From assembly GCF_023008545.1 (NCBI RefSeq), contig NZ_CP095397.1, forward strand, positions 2,715,199-2,779,198: a DNA stretch of 64,000 nucleotides. The letters are read 5' to 3'. Within the stretch, counting starts at the first letter, position 1. Every line of letters starts with the position of its first letter. The position numbers and the translations under genes are program-made. Shown one piece after another: positions 38,606 to 48,597 of the stretch. The notes beneath the pieces were generated by a model. The model was not told the origin of the DNA, ran no database searches, and was given only the letters and a program-made list of their open reading frames with translations. This DNA comes from Natribaculum luteum. GTDB taxonomy: Archaea; Halobacteriota; Halobacteria; Halobacteriales; Natrialbaceae.

Positions 38606-39853
38606 ATGGAACGATACGACCTCGTCTATCAGCTCTACGACGAGTTCGACACCCAGCGGCTTCGGGAGTACCAGGAGTTCGTCGACGTCTTCCCGGCGAT
38701 CGACTCCCGGGTCGCACTCGAGCACTGGCAGAGCGCGAGCGAGGAACTGGAGCGCCGAAAGGACGAGATCCGAAACGAGTTCGCGGCGGGCGAGACCTTC
38801 GCGGAGGTCGCCGCTCACACGACGCGTGATCAGGCGTTCACCGCACTCGACCTCGAGGCAAAGTACGGTCGCCCGGTGAACGTCCTCGTGTTAGACGTCG
38901 ACGAGACGCTGCGCTCTGCTGGCGGGACGGACAACGAGATTCCCCGCGAGACGCTTCACATCCTCACGGAGTTTCACGAGGCGGGCGTCCCGATCGTCAT
39001 CTGTACAGGACAGACACTCGAGAACGTCAAGGGCTTTGCCATCCAGGGACTCGGCAGCGAGATCGTCCACTCCGGAGAGCTCTCGATCGTCTACGAGGCG
39101 GGAACGGGCGTGTTCACGCCGGGCCACGGCGCGGACACGAAGCAACTGCTCTACGAGGACCTCGAGGGCGACATCCGCGACGTCTTCGACGACGTCCGCT
39201 CTCGCGTCTTGCCCGAAGCCCCGGAAGACCTCCGGCGTGGGTGTCACCTGCAGGGCAACGAGTTCAACGTCACGATGAAGCCCAACTACGAGACGGGCTC
39301 CGGACGCGCTCGCGAGATCATCGACGAGGCGCTGGTCTACCTCGTCGATCTGCTGGCCGACGCGGTCGCCACCGCCATCGAGGTAGAGACCGACGAGGCC
39401 GTCGCCTGGACCCGTGCGTTCTACGCCGACCAGGACCCCGAGATCAGGGGCGTCCTCGAGCAGGAAGGGGCCTATCCCGAGGTGTCTCCGGCCGACGTTC
39501 CCGACGACCTCACAGCCGTCCTCGAGCGGATCGACGTCGCCTACTACGAGGCCGACGCCGCCGAGATCGGCAGCCTCGAGCTGAACAAGGTCGTCGGCGT
39601 CGAGCGGGCGCTGGACGTGCTGGGCGTCGACGACCCGTTCGCGCTGGTGATGGGCGACTCCAAGAGCGACCTGCGCGTGATGGAGTGGGCCGCCGAGAAC
39701 GACGCGGGCATCGCCGCCGCGCCGGAGCACGCCTCGCGCGAGACGCTCGATCACGTCATCCACACCGACGAACTCGTCTTCGACCGCGGCAAGAGCGTCG
39801 ACGTCCTGCGAACGATCTACGCGCTCAACCGCTTCGCACGCCTCGGGCAGTAG
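38606..39853 (+). CDS. HAD-superfamily hydrolase (Cof/IIB-like) with an N-terminal extension.
   Basis: HAD motif I VLVLDVDETL and motif IV MGDSKSDLRVM. Confidence 0.7.
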   Translation: MERYDLVYQLYDEFDTQRLREYQEFVDVFPAIDSRVALEHWQSASEELERRKDEIRNEFAAGETFAEVAAHTTRDQAFTALDLEAKYGRPVNVLVLDVDETLRSAGGTDNEIPRETLHILTEFHEAGVPIVICTGQTLENVKGFAIQGLGSEIVHSGELSIVYEAGTGVFTPGHGADTKQLLYEDLEGDIRDVFDDVRSRVLPEAPEDLRRGCHLQGNEFNVTMKPNYETGSGRAREIIDEALVYLVDLLADAVATAIEVETDEAVAWTRAFYADQDPEIRGVLEQEGAYPEVSPADVPDDLTAVLERIDVAYYEADAAEIGSLELNKVVGVERALDVLGVDDPFALVMGDSKSDLRVMEWAAENDAGIAAAPEHASRETLDHVIHTDELVFDRGKSVDVLRTIYALNRFARLGQ

Positions 39854-39926
39854 TCGACGATCGACACGAGAGAGGCGCGTGCGCGTCGCCGATCGTCTCG
39901 TCGAAGGGTAACTGCCGTCGCGTCCA

Positions 39927-40478
39927 TCAGGGACACTCGGCTGTCTCGAACGACTGGTTCTCGCTTCCCTGCCGGACCGCCCGCGTCGCACCGGTCTCGA
40001 GGGTCACGAGCATCGCCTGGCCGCCGTACGCGTGGGTCTGGTCGTGTCCGCGGACCACGACACAGGTCGCGTCCGACGGAACCGAAACGGTCGCGGATCG
40101 GGTGAACTCCTGCGTTCCGTGGGCGTGTGCGAGGTCCCGCCGTCCCAGCCGGTCCCCCTCGAGCGTCTCGACTTGCCACCAGTTCGCGTAGCCGTCCTCG
40201 CCGTCGTCGTCGTGGTACAGCGTGACGTCGAATCGGTATCCGTCGTCGTTCTGCTCGACGGCGACGGCGGTGACGTTCGCTTCGCGGAGGTCGAGGTCCG
40301 TTTCGTCCGAAGCCGTCGAGTCGCCAGCATCGGAGTCGTTCGGCTGGCCGTCGGTCGTCTGCGCTCCGCCGTCGTCTTCGTCGGCACCGTCGTCCTCGTC
40401 AGTATCGTCGAGACAGCCCGCGATTCCGATCGTCCACAGCACCCCTCCGACCAGGAGGTCCCGTCTGGCGACGTGCAT
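39927..40478 (-). CDS. Acidic secreted lipoprotein (TAT signal plus lipobox), function unknown.
   Basis: MHVARRDLLVGGVLWTIGIAGCLDDTDEDDG... followed by an Asp/Glu-rich low-complexity region. Confidence 0.45.
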   Translation of the reverse strand: MHVARRDLLVGGVLWTIGIAGCLDDTDEDDGADEDDGGAQTTDGQPNDSDAGDSTASDETDLDLREANVTAVAVEQNDDGYRFDVTLYHDDDGEDGYANWWQVETLEGDRLGRRDLAHAHGTQEFTRSATVSVPSDATCVVVRGHDQTHAYGGQAMLVTLETGATRAVRQGSENQSFETAECP

Positions 40479-40828
40479 ACGTCGTCTGGCGGTCGAAATT
40501 GCCAAAAACGTTGGGTTCGTTCTCGTTCGAAAGCTGGCAAAAAGCAGGTATGAACCGCTCTCGCGGTCGTTCGGTAGTCGAGCCTCTCGATCGGCACTTA
40601 AGCGGTCGGAACAAACAGGCCCGAAGGCCAATGCTATCGACGGCCAACCGTTGCGTACCCGCCGACGGTCCATCGGGATGGCCGTTTTTTCTGACCCTCA
40701 CCATCCGTGGACCCGAGGCTGAAACACCACACTGCCCCACGAACCATGCAACTTCACGTATCCACGCCCGTAGACAGTCGCACCGCCCGCGACCGACTCA
40801 CAGACGTCCCGCGAGGGGGAGAGGTACT

Positions 40829-41503
40829 ATGACGACCGTCGCCGAGATCACGCTGTCCGCGGCAGACCTCGCGCTCGAGGAGACGATCACCTCGTTTCCG
40901 GACGCCGAGTTGCGCGTCGAGAGCGTCGTCGCCGAAGGGCCGTTGCGACCGATGCCGCTGGTCTGGATCGGCGGCGTCGACGTCGACGACCTCGAGGACG
41001 GCCTCGAGGCCGATCCCTCGGTCGAGACGTTCACGCGACTGCTCGAGGAGCCTGACCAGCGGGAGTGGCTGTACCGATTCGAGTACGCCGACGTCGTCAC
41101 CGACCGCTGTGGAATCGTCTTCGAGCACGACGGCACGGTCCTCGACGCGGAGTGTTCGTCGGGTCGCTGGACGCTTCGGCTGCTGTTCCCCGACCGGGAC
41201 TCCCTCTCGAGTGCGATCGCCGATCTCGAGGACCTGGACGTCCGCATCGACGTCAAGCGGATGATCGACGCCGGGCGCGACGGCGATCTCGAGGTCAGTG
41301 CGGCGCTGACCGAGGCCCAGGAGGAGGCGGTCAGCGAGGCCTACAGGCGCGGTTACTACGACGTCCCGCGGGAGATTTCGCTCGAGGAACTCGCCGACGA
41401 ACTGGGGATCTCCCACCAGGCGCTGTCCGAACGGCTTCGACGGGCGAACAAGGTGCTCGCCGGCGAGCAACTCGACGAACCGACGCCCGAGCTGGCCCAC
41501 TGA
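40829..41503 (+). CDS. HTH_10 (Bat-like) family transcription regulator.
   Basis: C-terminal TEAQEEAVSEAYRRGYYDVPREISLEELADELGISHQALSERLRRANKVL. It is a paralog of 59112..59816. Confidence 0.75.
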   Translation: MTTVAEITLSAADLALEETITSFPDAELRVESVVAEGPLRPMPLVWIGGVDVDDLEDGLEADPSVETFTRLLEEPDQREWLYRFEYADVVTDRCGIVFEHDGTVLDAECSSGRWTLRLLFPDRDSLSSAIADLEDLDVRIDVKRMIDAGRDGDLEVSAALTEAQEEAVSEAYRRGYYDVPREISLEELADELGISHQALSERLRRANKVLAGEQLDEPTPELAH

Positions 41504-41615
41504 CGAGCCGATCGGCGACGTGTGCCGACGCGGCCACTCGAGCCTGTCGGCCGATTTCGAGAGTCGCCATTCACCCGACGTGGGTGTTTATGGCTGTACC
41601 GACGCAAGACCCGAC

Positions 41616-42527
41616 ATGGCTTACCACGACCCCGGGGAAGCCGATCCCCTCTCGCTTCACGGCGTCGTTCCACCGACCGTCACCGCGTTCGCGGAAGACG
41701 AGTCAGTCGACTACGAGCAGACGGCGGCCCACGCCCGGTTCGTCGTCGACCGCGGCGTCCACGGCGTCTTCCCGCTTGGAACCAACGGGGAGTTCGCCTT
41801 GCTGACCGACGACGAGCGCGACCGCGTCGTCGAGGCCGTCGTCGACGAGGTCGGCGACGAGGTCCCCGTCATCGCCGGTGTCGGTGCACCGAGCACCCGC
41901 CGGACCGTCGCCCGCGCCGAACACGCCGAAGCCGTCGGCGCGGACGGCGTCGTCGTCGTCACGCCCTACTACTATCCGTTAGACGACGAGGCCTACCTCG
42001 AGCACTACCGCCAGGTCGCCGACGCCGTCTCCCTCCCGGTCTACGTCTACCACATTCCGAGCCGAACCGGCAACGCGATCCCCCTGTCGACGCTCGACGA
42101 ACTCGCCGCCATCGACAACGTCGTCGGGGTGAAAGACTCGAGCAAGGACGTCCCGTGGCTCGCACAGGCGATCGACGCCAACCCCGACATGACCTTCCTC
42201 GCGGGGTCTGACTCGCTTTGCTTCACCGGCCTCGAGATCGGCTGTTCGGGGATGGTCAGCGCCGTCGCGAACGCCGTCCCGGAACTCGTCGTCGACCTCT
42301 ACGAGGCGTACGACGGCGGCGACGAAGAGCGCGCTCGCGAACTCCAGAGTCGGACGTTCGCGGTCCGTGACGCGTTCAAGTCCGGCGGCGGCTACATGTC
42401 TGGGGTCAAAAGCGCCCTCGAGTTGCGCGATTTCGACGCCGGCCCGCTGCGAAGTCCCCTGCGGGCCATGACCGACGACGAGCAGGCGACCCTTCGGGAT
42501 CGACTCGAGGAACTCGAGGTGCTCTAG
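41616..42527 (+). CDS. Dihydrodipicolinate synthase / N-acetylneuraminate lyase family protein (DapA-like; possibly a KDG-type aldolase).
   Basis: GVFPLGTNGEFALL, and a Schiff-base Lys within GVKDSSKD. 303 aa. Confidence 0.75.
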   Translation: MAYHDPGEADPLSLHGVVPPTVTAFAEDESVDYEQTAAHARFVVDRGVHGVFPLGTNGEFALLTDDERDRVVEAVVDEVGDEVPVIAGVGAPSTRRTVARAEHAEAVGADGVVVVTPYYYPLDDEAYLEHYRQVADAVSLPVYVYHIPSRTGNAIPLSTLDELAAIDNVVGVKDSSKDVPWLAQAIDANPDMTFLAGSDSLCFTGLEIGCSGMVSAVANAVPELVVDLYEAYDGGDEERARELQSRTFAVRDAFKSGGGYMSGVKSALELRDFDAGPLRSPLRAMTDDEQATLRDRLEELEVL

Positions 42528-42574
42528 GTCCGTCGACTGGTTGACGGACCATCCTGTAGTGAGTTACCGAAGTC

Positions 42575-43144
42575 TTGAATCGTCCCGCCGCCGTATCGGC
42601 GAACGTGACAGAGTACGACGCAGTCGTCTACGACCTCGACGGGACGCTCGTCCGCCTCGACGTCGACTGGGACGCGGCGGCCGTCGACGTCCGCGAGGTG
42701 TACGAGGAGGCGGCCATCGACCCGCCCAGCGACGACCTCTGGGACCTGCTCGCGCTCTCGGAGGAGGTCGGCCTGGACGAAGAAGTCGAGGCGGTACTCG
42801 CCGCCCACGAACGCGACGGAGCGCGCACCTCGGAGCAACTCGCACACGCAGACGAGTTACTCGCCCGCGAGGGGCCCGTCGGCGTCTGTTCGCTCAACTC
42901 CGAGGCAGCCTGTCGCCTCGCCCTCGAGAGACACGGCTTGCTCGAGGCGGTCGACGTCGTTGTCGGACGGGACACGGTCACCAACCGGAAACCGCACCCG
43001 GAGCCGCTACTCGTGGCCGTTCGCGCGCTGTCGGTCGAACCGGAGCGGACGCTGTTCGTCGGCGACTCCGCGCGCGACGAGGAGACGGCGAAACAGGCGG
43101 GGACGGATTTCGAGTACGTCGGCGACGGTCCCTCCGGCCACTGA
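42575..43144 (+). CDS. HAD-family phosphatase.
   Basis: DAVVYDLDGTLV motif I and VGDSARDEETAKQAG motif IV. Confidence 0.75.
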   Translation: MNRPAAVSANVTEYDAVVYDLDGTLVRLDVDWDAAAVDVREVYEEAAIDPPSDDLWDLLALSEEVGLDEEVEAVLAAHERDGARTSEQLAHADELLAREGPVGVCSLNSEAACRLALERHGLLEAVDVVVGRDTVTNRKPHPEPLLVAVRALSVEPERTLFVGDSARDEETAKQAGTDFEYVGDGPSGH

Positions 43145-43230
43145 TACGGTCTGCTGTACCTGTGTACCGGGGCGGCCGCAAGACGGTGCGCGGTTGTCCC
43201 GGTACTGACGTACAGCGGTCCGTATGATAC
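43141..43230. repeat. Family-B palindromic element, copy B4.
   Basis: cTGAtacggtctgctgtacc tgtgta ccggggcggccgc aagacggt gcgcggttgtcccgg tactgac gtacagcggtccgtatga. The TGA is the stop codon of the HAD-family gene. Confidence 0.8.
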
Positions 43231-43256
43231 TGTCGGCCGACGGGACGACTGGACGA

Positions 43257-44051
43257 TCAGTCGTCGACCGCGAGCCGCTGCTGTCGTGCCTCCCGGAGGC
43301 CGTCGCAGATGCCACCCTGCCCGGACATGTTGACCGTCGCCAGTCGGCCGCGCCGGTGGACCAGATCGAACGACTCGGGATCGATCGGTTCGCCCTCCGG
43401 CGTTCTGAACAGCGCGTCGTCGGGAGTCGAGACGACGCCCGTCGCCTCGGCCTTCTCGAGGTAGGACTCGATCGGCTCCATCGGGACCGTCACCGCGAGC
43501 GCGCGGTCGCGCAGGTAGACGGCCGCGACGTCTCCCGTCTCGTCGGCCGGTTCGACGTCCGCCACCCGCAAGGCAGCGATCTGGGCTGGCTCGAGGCCGG
43601 CCTCGAGCAGCCGCTCGACGGCGTCGTACTGTCTGGCGATGCGCGCTTTCTCGTCTAACTCCGCACGGACGGCGTCGACGCCGCCGTCGGCGTCGGGGAA
43701 CGTCTCCTCGAACGACAGTCGCTCGTTTACTCCGCGGTTGATCACCTCGTCGTGCATGTGATCGCGGAGGATCACCCGCGTCTCCGTGACGCCGGGTAGC
43801 GCTTCGATCCCGTCGCGGGCGTCGACTGCCATCATCCAGGCAAAGGCCGGCGAACACCACGCCGTCGGGAGGGTGAACGCGACCGTCACGCGCTCGTCGT
43901 CGATCTCGATCGCGTCGACGTACTCGAGTTCGACGATCGAGCGGTCGAGTTCGGGATCGGTCACGTCGTCCAGGGCTTCGCGTACCCGCTCTCGGTTTGG
44001 CGCGTCGGCGCGTCGGTCGATCGTCTCGTCCGTATCGCGTGCGTCGGTCAT
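43257..44051 (-). CDS. DUF59 (MIP18-family) domain protein, probably related to FeS-cluster assembly.
   Basis: VREALDDVTDPELDRSIVELEYVDAIEID is the DUF59 signature. Its start overlaps the amidohydrolase stop as TGATG. Confidence 0.6.
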   Translation of the reverse strand: MTDARDTDETIDRRADAPNRERVREALDDVTDPELDRSIVELEYVDAIEIDDERVTVAFTLPTAWCSPAFAWMMAVDARDGIEALPGVTETRVILRDHMHDEVINRGVNERLSFEETFPDADGGVDAVRAELDEKARIARQYDAVERLLEAGLEPAQIAALRVADVEPADETGDVAAVYLRDRALAVTVPMEPIESYLEKAEATGVVSTPDDALFRTPEGEPIDPESFDLVHRRGRLATVNMSGQGGICDGLREARQQRLAVDD

Positions 44052-45109
44052 CAGTCGTCCGCTGCCGCGGGTTCGCCGTAGTGGTCCGTGAGGTCGAACT
44101 GCTGGCTGATCTCGTCCTCGCGGAACTGTCGTTTCTTCTCCTCGACGTCGATGTCGTAGAGTTCGGCAGCGTTCTCGCCCATCACCTTCTTTTTCGTCTC
44201 GAGGTCCCACTCGACGCCGTACTCCGCACGGTGTTCCTCGGTCAACTCGGCCTCTATGACCTCTTCGACGAGCCAGTCGGGGTTCCACAGCGCGTAGTCC
44301 GAGCCAAAGAGGAGCCGATCTTCCCCAAGCCACCACAGCAGTTCGGACACGATCTCCGAGAACTTCCCCGGCCGGTTCTGGGCGAACGGAGCGGCGACGG
44401 CCAGCCCGCCGTAGACGTTCGTCTCCTGGGCGGCGATCCAGCAGAAGTCGTCGAGTCGGGGCAGCCCGACGTGTTCGACGACGAAGTTGAGCTCCGGGAA
44501 CGACGACGCGGCGTCGTCGACGTCTTTCACGTCGAAGGCGTCGCGGTTCAGCGGCCGGATCGTCGGCCCCTTGTGGGCGTGGATGTTCTCGATCCCGAGG
44601 TCGGAACACCGCTCGAGGAAGCGAAACGCCTCCTCGTCGTCGAGTCGCCACCCTTTCGACTCGTCGCGCCACTCGGCGGTGTAGAGCTTGACGCCCTGGA
44701 TGTCGTAGGTGTCGTGGAGTTCCTCCAGGTACTCGAGTCCCTCTTTGCCGTCACGCGGATCGAACGTGCCGTTGAGGACGAACCGTTCGGGATACTCGAG
44801 TGCGAGTTCGGCGTTCTGTTCCGTCGTATTGAACCCCTCGTCGTAGAAGTCGGTCAGGTACGTCGGCTGGAAGATGGCCACGTCCGCGGCGGCGTTCCCG
44901 AACAGGTCCTCGACCATCCGCTCTTGGCCGTACTTCCGATACTCGTCCATGTCCCACTGCCGATCGTCGGGCGTGAACGTCGTGTGATAGTCGTAGAAAC
45001 ACTGGATGAACTGTTCTCCCCCGTCGTGTGTGATGTTCTCCTCGGACGCGTCCCACAGGTGAACGTGGGCGTCGATGACGAACACGTCCTCGCCGTCGTG
45101 CTGGTACAT
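44051..45109 (-). CDS. Amidohydrolase-2 family metal-dependent hydrolase. The start is 45109 or 45139.
   Basis: VIDAHVHLWD ... HxH/His/Asp pattern of the PF04909-type TIM-barrel hydrolases. Confidence 0.7.
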   Translation of the reverse strand: MYQHDGEDVFVIDAHVHLWDASEENITHDGGEQFIQCFYDYHTTFTPDDRQWDMDEYRKYGQERMVEDLFGNAAADVAIFQPTYLTDFYDEGFNTTEQNAELALEYPERFVLNGTFDPRDGKEGLEYLEELHDTYDIQGVKLYTAEWRDESKGWRLDDEEAFRFLERCSDLGIENIHAHKGPTIRPLNRDAFDVKDVDDAASSFPELNFVVEHVGLPRLDDFCWIAAQETNVYGGLAVAAPFAQNRPGKFSEIVSELLWWLGEDRLLFGSDYALWNPDWLVEEVIEAELTEEHRAEYGVEWDLETKKKVMGENAAELYDIDVEEKKRQFREDEISQQFDLTDHYGEPAAADD

Positions 45110-45272
45110 CTCACCATGGTAATATATACCATGGAACATCTGTGTTTTCCCGCATCGGATAGAATGTCTAGACAGAATGCAGGTCCGAAGCCGACGCGCC
45201 GGCCGTCATCGACCGGTTCCGGTTCCGCTGCGAGGATTTTTATCACAGTGTGGTGTGTTATGAGTCGACACT

Positions 45273-46316
45273 ATGCAAGCAGCACGTCTCCACGAGTACA
45301 CCGAGGACATGACCGGTGCCCTCTCGATCGACGACGTCGATCGGCCAACGGTCGAGCGGTCCGATCACGTGATCGTCGAGGTCGAGGGTGCCGGCTGGTG
45401 CCAGACGGACAATCACATCATCGAGGGAATGTGGGAGGGGTACGTCCCACAGGAACTCCCCATGACGCTCGGTCACGAGAACGCGGGCGTCGTCACGGAG
45501 GTCGGCGACGAGGTGACGCTGGTCGAGGAGGGCGATCCAGTCATCTGCCACCCCGTCCAGACCTGCGGTATCTGTCGTCCCTGCCGGCTCGGCGAGGACA
45601 TGTACTGCGAGAACAGCGAGTTCAACGGTCTCACGGCCGACGGCGGCTTCGCCGAGTACCTGCAGACGAACGAACGAGCGGTCATCCCACTCCCCGAGGG
45701 CGTCGATCCCATCGACATCGCGCCACACGCGGACGCGGGCATCACCGCCTACCACGCCGCCAAGAAGGCCGTCCGCGAGTTGAACCCCGGCGACACCGCC
45801 GTCGTGATCGGCATCGGCGGCCTGGGCCACATCGGACTGCAGTGTCTCGAGGCGATGAGCGCCGTAAATATTGTTGCCGCCGACGTCAAAGACGAGGCGC
45901 TCGAGTTGGCCGAACAGCTGGGCGCTCACCACACGGTCGACTCGAGCGAGGCAGATCTGCCGTCGGTCGTGGCAGATCTCACCGACGACGTGGGTGCCCA
46001 GCAGGTGCTCGATTTCGTCGGGGCCGACGAAACGACCGGCTACGCGCCCGATCTCGTCGCGGACGGCGGCGACCACCACGTCGTCGGCTACGGCGGCCAC
46101 ATCCACGAGCCATGCCAGGCGCTGGTAGACGGCGAGTTCTCGTTCAGGGGGACGCTCGTCGGCCGCTATACCGAACTCCAGGAACTCGTCTCGCTCGTCG
46201 ATCGCGGCGACGTCGAACTCCGCACCGAACGCCACGATTTCGACGAGATCAACGCGGTCGCCGAACAACTCGAGCACGGGGAGATCGAGGGTCGTGCGGT
46301 CGTGCTTCCGCCCTGA
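45273..46316 (+). CDS. Zn-dependent alcohol dehydrogenase (MDR family).
   Basis: GHENAGVV, the structural-zinc Cys cluster CGICRPCRLGEDMYC, and NAD-binding GIGGLGHIG. Confidence 0.85.
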   Translation: MQAARLHEYTEDMTGALSIDDVDRPTVERSDHVIVEVEGAGWCQTDNHIIEGMWEGYVPQELPMTLGHENAGVVTEVGDEVTLVEEGDPVICHPVQTCGICRPCRLGEDMYCENSEFNGLTADGGFAEYLQTNERAVIPLPEGVDPIDIAPHADAGITAYHAAKKAVRELNPGDTAVVIGIGGLGHIGLQCLEAMSAVNIVAADVKDEALELAEQLGAHHTVDSSEADLPSVVADLTDDVGAQQVLDFVGADETTGYAPDLVADGGDHHVVGYGGHIHEPCQALVDGEFSFRGTLVGRYTELQELVSLVDRGDVELRTERHDFDEINAVAEQLEHGEIEGRAVVLPP

Positions 46317-46337
46317 GCGGCCACGTCTGGATCACTC

Positions 46338-46637
46338 CTACTCCTGGTGGCGTTTCGCGTACGCGAAGACGACGAGCGCCGTCAAAAACCAGATGACTGC
46401 GCCGACGCGGACGGCGAATCCGACGCGCGAACCCCACGTCGGGAGCGTGAACACTGTCGACAGCAGGGCGACGACGGGCGCGCCGACGGCGATCGTGGTG
46501 ACGAACGTCACCTGCATGACCCAGCCGTAGTCGACGCCCTCCGGATTCGTCGTCTCGACGGGTTCTGGCACGACTGCCGTTCGCGCGTCTGTCGTATTAA
46601 GCACCCCGTTTCCCCGATCGAACGCCGCGCGCGCCAA
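46338..46637 (-). CDS. Hypothetical small membrane protein.
   Basis: Two TM helices in a 99-aa ORF. Confidence 0.35.
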   Translation of the reverse strand: MARAAFDRGNGVLNTTDARTAVVPEPVETTNPEGVDYGWVMQVTFVTTIAVGAPVVALLSTVFTLPTWGSRVGFAVRVGAVIWFLTALVVFAYAKRHQE

Positions 46638-46685
46638 TCGGCAGAAGAACGGTGAGGTTTAATCGTCAGAGACGAACGTGTGTGT

Positions 46686-47498
46686 ATGCCATCCGTGCGG
46701 GACGTGCGAACGAAAGCCGGCGAGGAACCGATCACGATGCTGACGGCCTACGACGCGCCGACGGCGAAGATCGTCGACGAAGCGGGCGTCGACGTGATTC
46801 TCGTGGGCGACAGCGTGGGCAACGCCACGCTGGGCTACGAGACGACGCTCCCGGTCACCGTCGACGACGTGGCGAGACACGTCGGTGCCGTCTCCCGGGC
46901 GACCGAATCGGCGCTCGTCGTCGCCGACATGCCCTTCCTCAGCTACGGCACGGACGAACGGACCAGCCTCGAGAACGCCGGTCGAATGCTCAAAGAAGAG
47001 GGCGCACAGGCGGTCAAACTCGAAAGCGGGCCACACACCGTCGACCTCACGGAGACGATGGTCCAGCTCGGCATCCCGGTGATGGCCCACCTCGGACTCA
47101 CGCCCCAGCACGTCAACCGGTACGGCGGGTACCCGCGACAGGGGACCGACCAGGAGGCCGCAGAGCACATTCTCGAACTCGCACGCGCACACGAGGAGGC
47201 GGGCGCGTTCTCGCTCGTCTTAGAGCATGTCCCCTCGAACCTCGCGGCGGACGTGACCGACGCACTCGACATTCCGACCATCGGCATCGGTGCGGGTCCC
47301 GACTGTGACGGACAGGTGCTCGTCTTCAACGACGCCGTCGGCCTGAGCGAGTGGAGTCCGTCGTTCGCAAAGCAGTTCGGAAACGTCCGGGCGGAGATGG
47401 AGCGGGCCGTCGAGGGGTACGTCTCCGCGGTCGAACGCGAGGAGTTCCCGGCCGACGAGCACAGCCACGAGGAGACGGATCTCGACAGCCTCTACTGA
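46686..47498 (+). CDS. panB: 3-methyl-2-oxobutanoate hydroxymethyltransferase (ketopantoate hydroxymethyltransferase).
   Basis: ITMLTAYDAPTAKIVDEAGVDVILVGDSVGN and the catalytic region GIPVMAHLGLTPQ. Confidence 0.9.
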   Translation: MPSVRDVRTKAGEEPITMLTAYDAPTAKIVDEAGVDVILVGDSVGNATLGYETTLPVTVDDVARHVGAVSRATESALVVADMPFLSYGTDERTSLENAGRMLKEEGAQAVKLESGPHTVDLTETMVQLGIPVMAHLGLTPQHVNRYGGYPRQGTDQEAAEHILELARAHEEAGAFSLVLEHVPSNLAADVTDALDIPTIGIGAGPDCDGQVLVFNDAVGLSEWSPSFAKQFGNVRAEMERAVEGYVSAVEREEFPADEHSHEETDLDSLY

Positions 47499-47504
47499 GA
47501 CTTT

Positions 47505-48281
47505 TTAGCCTTCGACGGCCTCGAGAAACGACGTCACCGCCTCGTTGAACGCCTCCGGTTGCTCGAGCATCGCCAGGTGTGCCGCGTCGTCGATCTCCTC
47601 GAGGGTGCCGTCGGCGACGTTCTCTGCGATGTACTCGTGGTACCACGGTGGCGTCAGCTGGTCGTACTCGCCGTAGACTGCGAGGACGGGGACGTCGATC
47701 TCGTCGAGCTGGTCGCGGACGTCGAACTGATGGCTGGTGAGAAAGTCCCGGCGCGTGATCTCCTGTCCGGTCTCGCGCATCGTCTCCATCGAGAGGTCGC
47801 GAATCCGCGGGTCGGGGTCGTGGAAGAAGCGATTCTCGCCGTGGAGGAACTCGAGCGCCCGCTCGAAGTCGTTTTTGAGCCACTCGAGGAGGTCCTCCAG
47901 AACGCCGAGTCGTGCCCCGGTGCCGGTGAGGACGGCCGCGTCGGCATCGAACTCGCGCTCGAGCAAGACGTGCATCACGATGGCACCGCCGAGCGAGTTA
48001 CCGACGAGAACTCGCGCGTCCGTCGCCTCGGCGACAGCCAGAACGTCGTCGGCGTACGCCGAGAGCGTGGTGAAGCCGGGACTGGCGTCGACGTCGTCGG
48101 ACTCGCCGTGACCGCTGAGGTCGAGCGCGGCGACGGGCCGTTCGTCCGAGAGACGGTGCTGGGACTTCCAGACGGCGTGTGTCCCGCCGCCGCCGTGAAC
48201 CAACAGCGCTGGCGCGCCGCCACCGCCGCGGTCCGAGTAGTCGTAGGCGATCTCCCGCCCGAAATTCGTCGTCGTCTCCAT
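47505..48281 (-). CDS. Alpha/beta-fold hydrolase.
   Basis: ALLVHGGGG oxyanion region, nucleophile elbow GNSLGG. 258 aa. Confidence 0.75.
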   Translation of the reverse strand: METTTNFGREIAYDYSDRGGGGAPALLVHGGGGTHAVWKSQHRLSDERPVAALDLSGHGESDDVDASPGFTTLSAYADDVLAVAEATDARVLVGNSLGGAIVMHVLLEREFDADAAVLTGTGARLGVLEDLLEWLKNDFERALEFLHGENRFFHDPDPRIRDLSMETMRETGQEITRRDFLTSHQFDVRDQLDEIDVPVLAVYGEYDQLTPPWYHEYIAENVADGTLEEIDDAAHLAMLEQPEAFNEAVTSFLEAVEG

Positions 48282-48550
48282 GCATATGCAAACTACCGTT
48301 CCAAAGATAAACCCTCGAGTCGGTCAACCGCCAGTGTACTCAAAGGCGTCTGGACCCTGTCGACTTGCTCGGGCGAGGATCGACGCGCCGTCGACGACGT
48401 GACTCCGTTTGGAGGCGACCGGCGATCGTCCGCTATCGCCCGCGACGCGCCCGCCGACTCGTCTACGTACTGACCGATTGGCGGCGCTGGAGACTGTGAA
48501 CCGCGAACATCGTTATTTCTCCGTACCCACTCACGTCCTTCGATTAGTGG

Positions 48551-48570
48551 GCAAAAGATTTAAATATGAA
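48551..48570 (+). promoter_or_regulatory. BRE/TATA candidate (gcaaaagatttaaatatgaa) upstream of the small-ORF plus cdc48 operon.
   Basis: Strong AT-rich box about 30 nt upstream of ATG 48598. Confidence 0.45.
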
Positions 48571-48597
48571 TGGAACTTACCTCGAGTTAGTTGAACC

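Noticed and set aside
40600-40660. CAGGCCCGAAGGCCAA resembles the SRP-RNA helix-8 CAGG..GGAAGG motif.
   Set aside because: The downstream AGCAGCCA consensus and the rest of the SRP RNA architecture are absent. It is more simply a GGCC/GGCC tetraloop hairpin.
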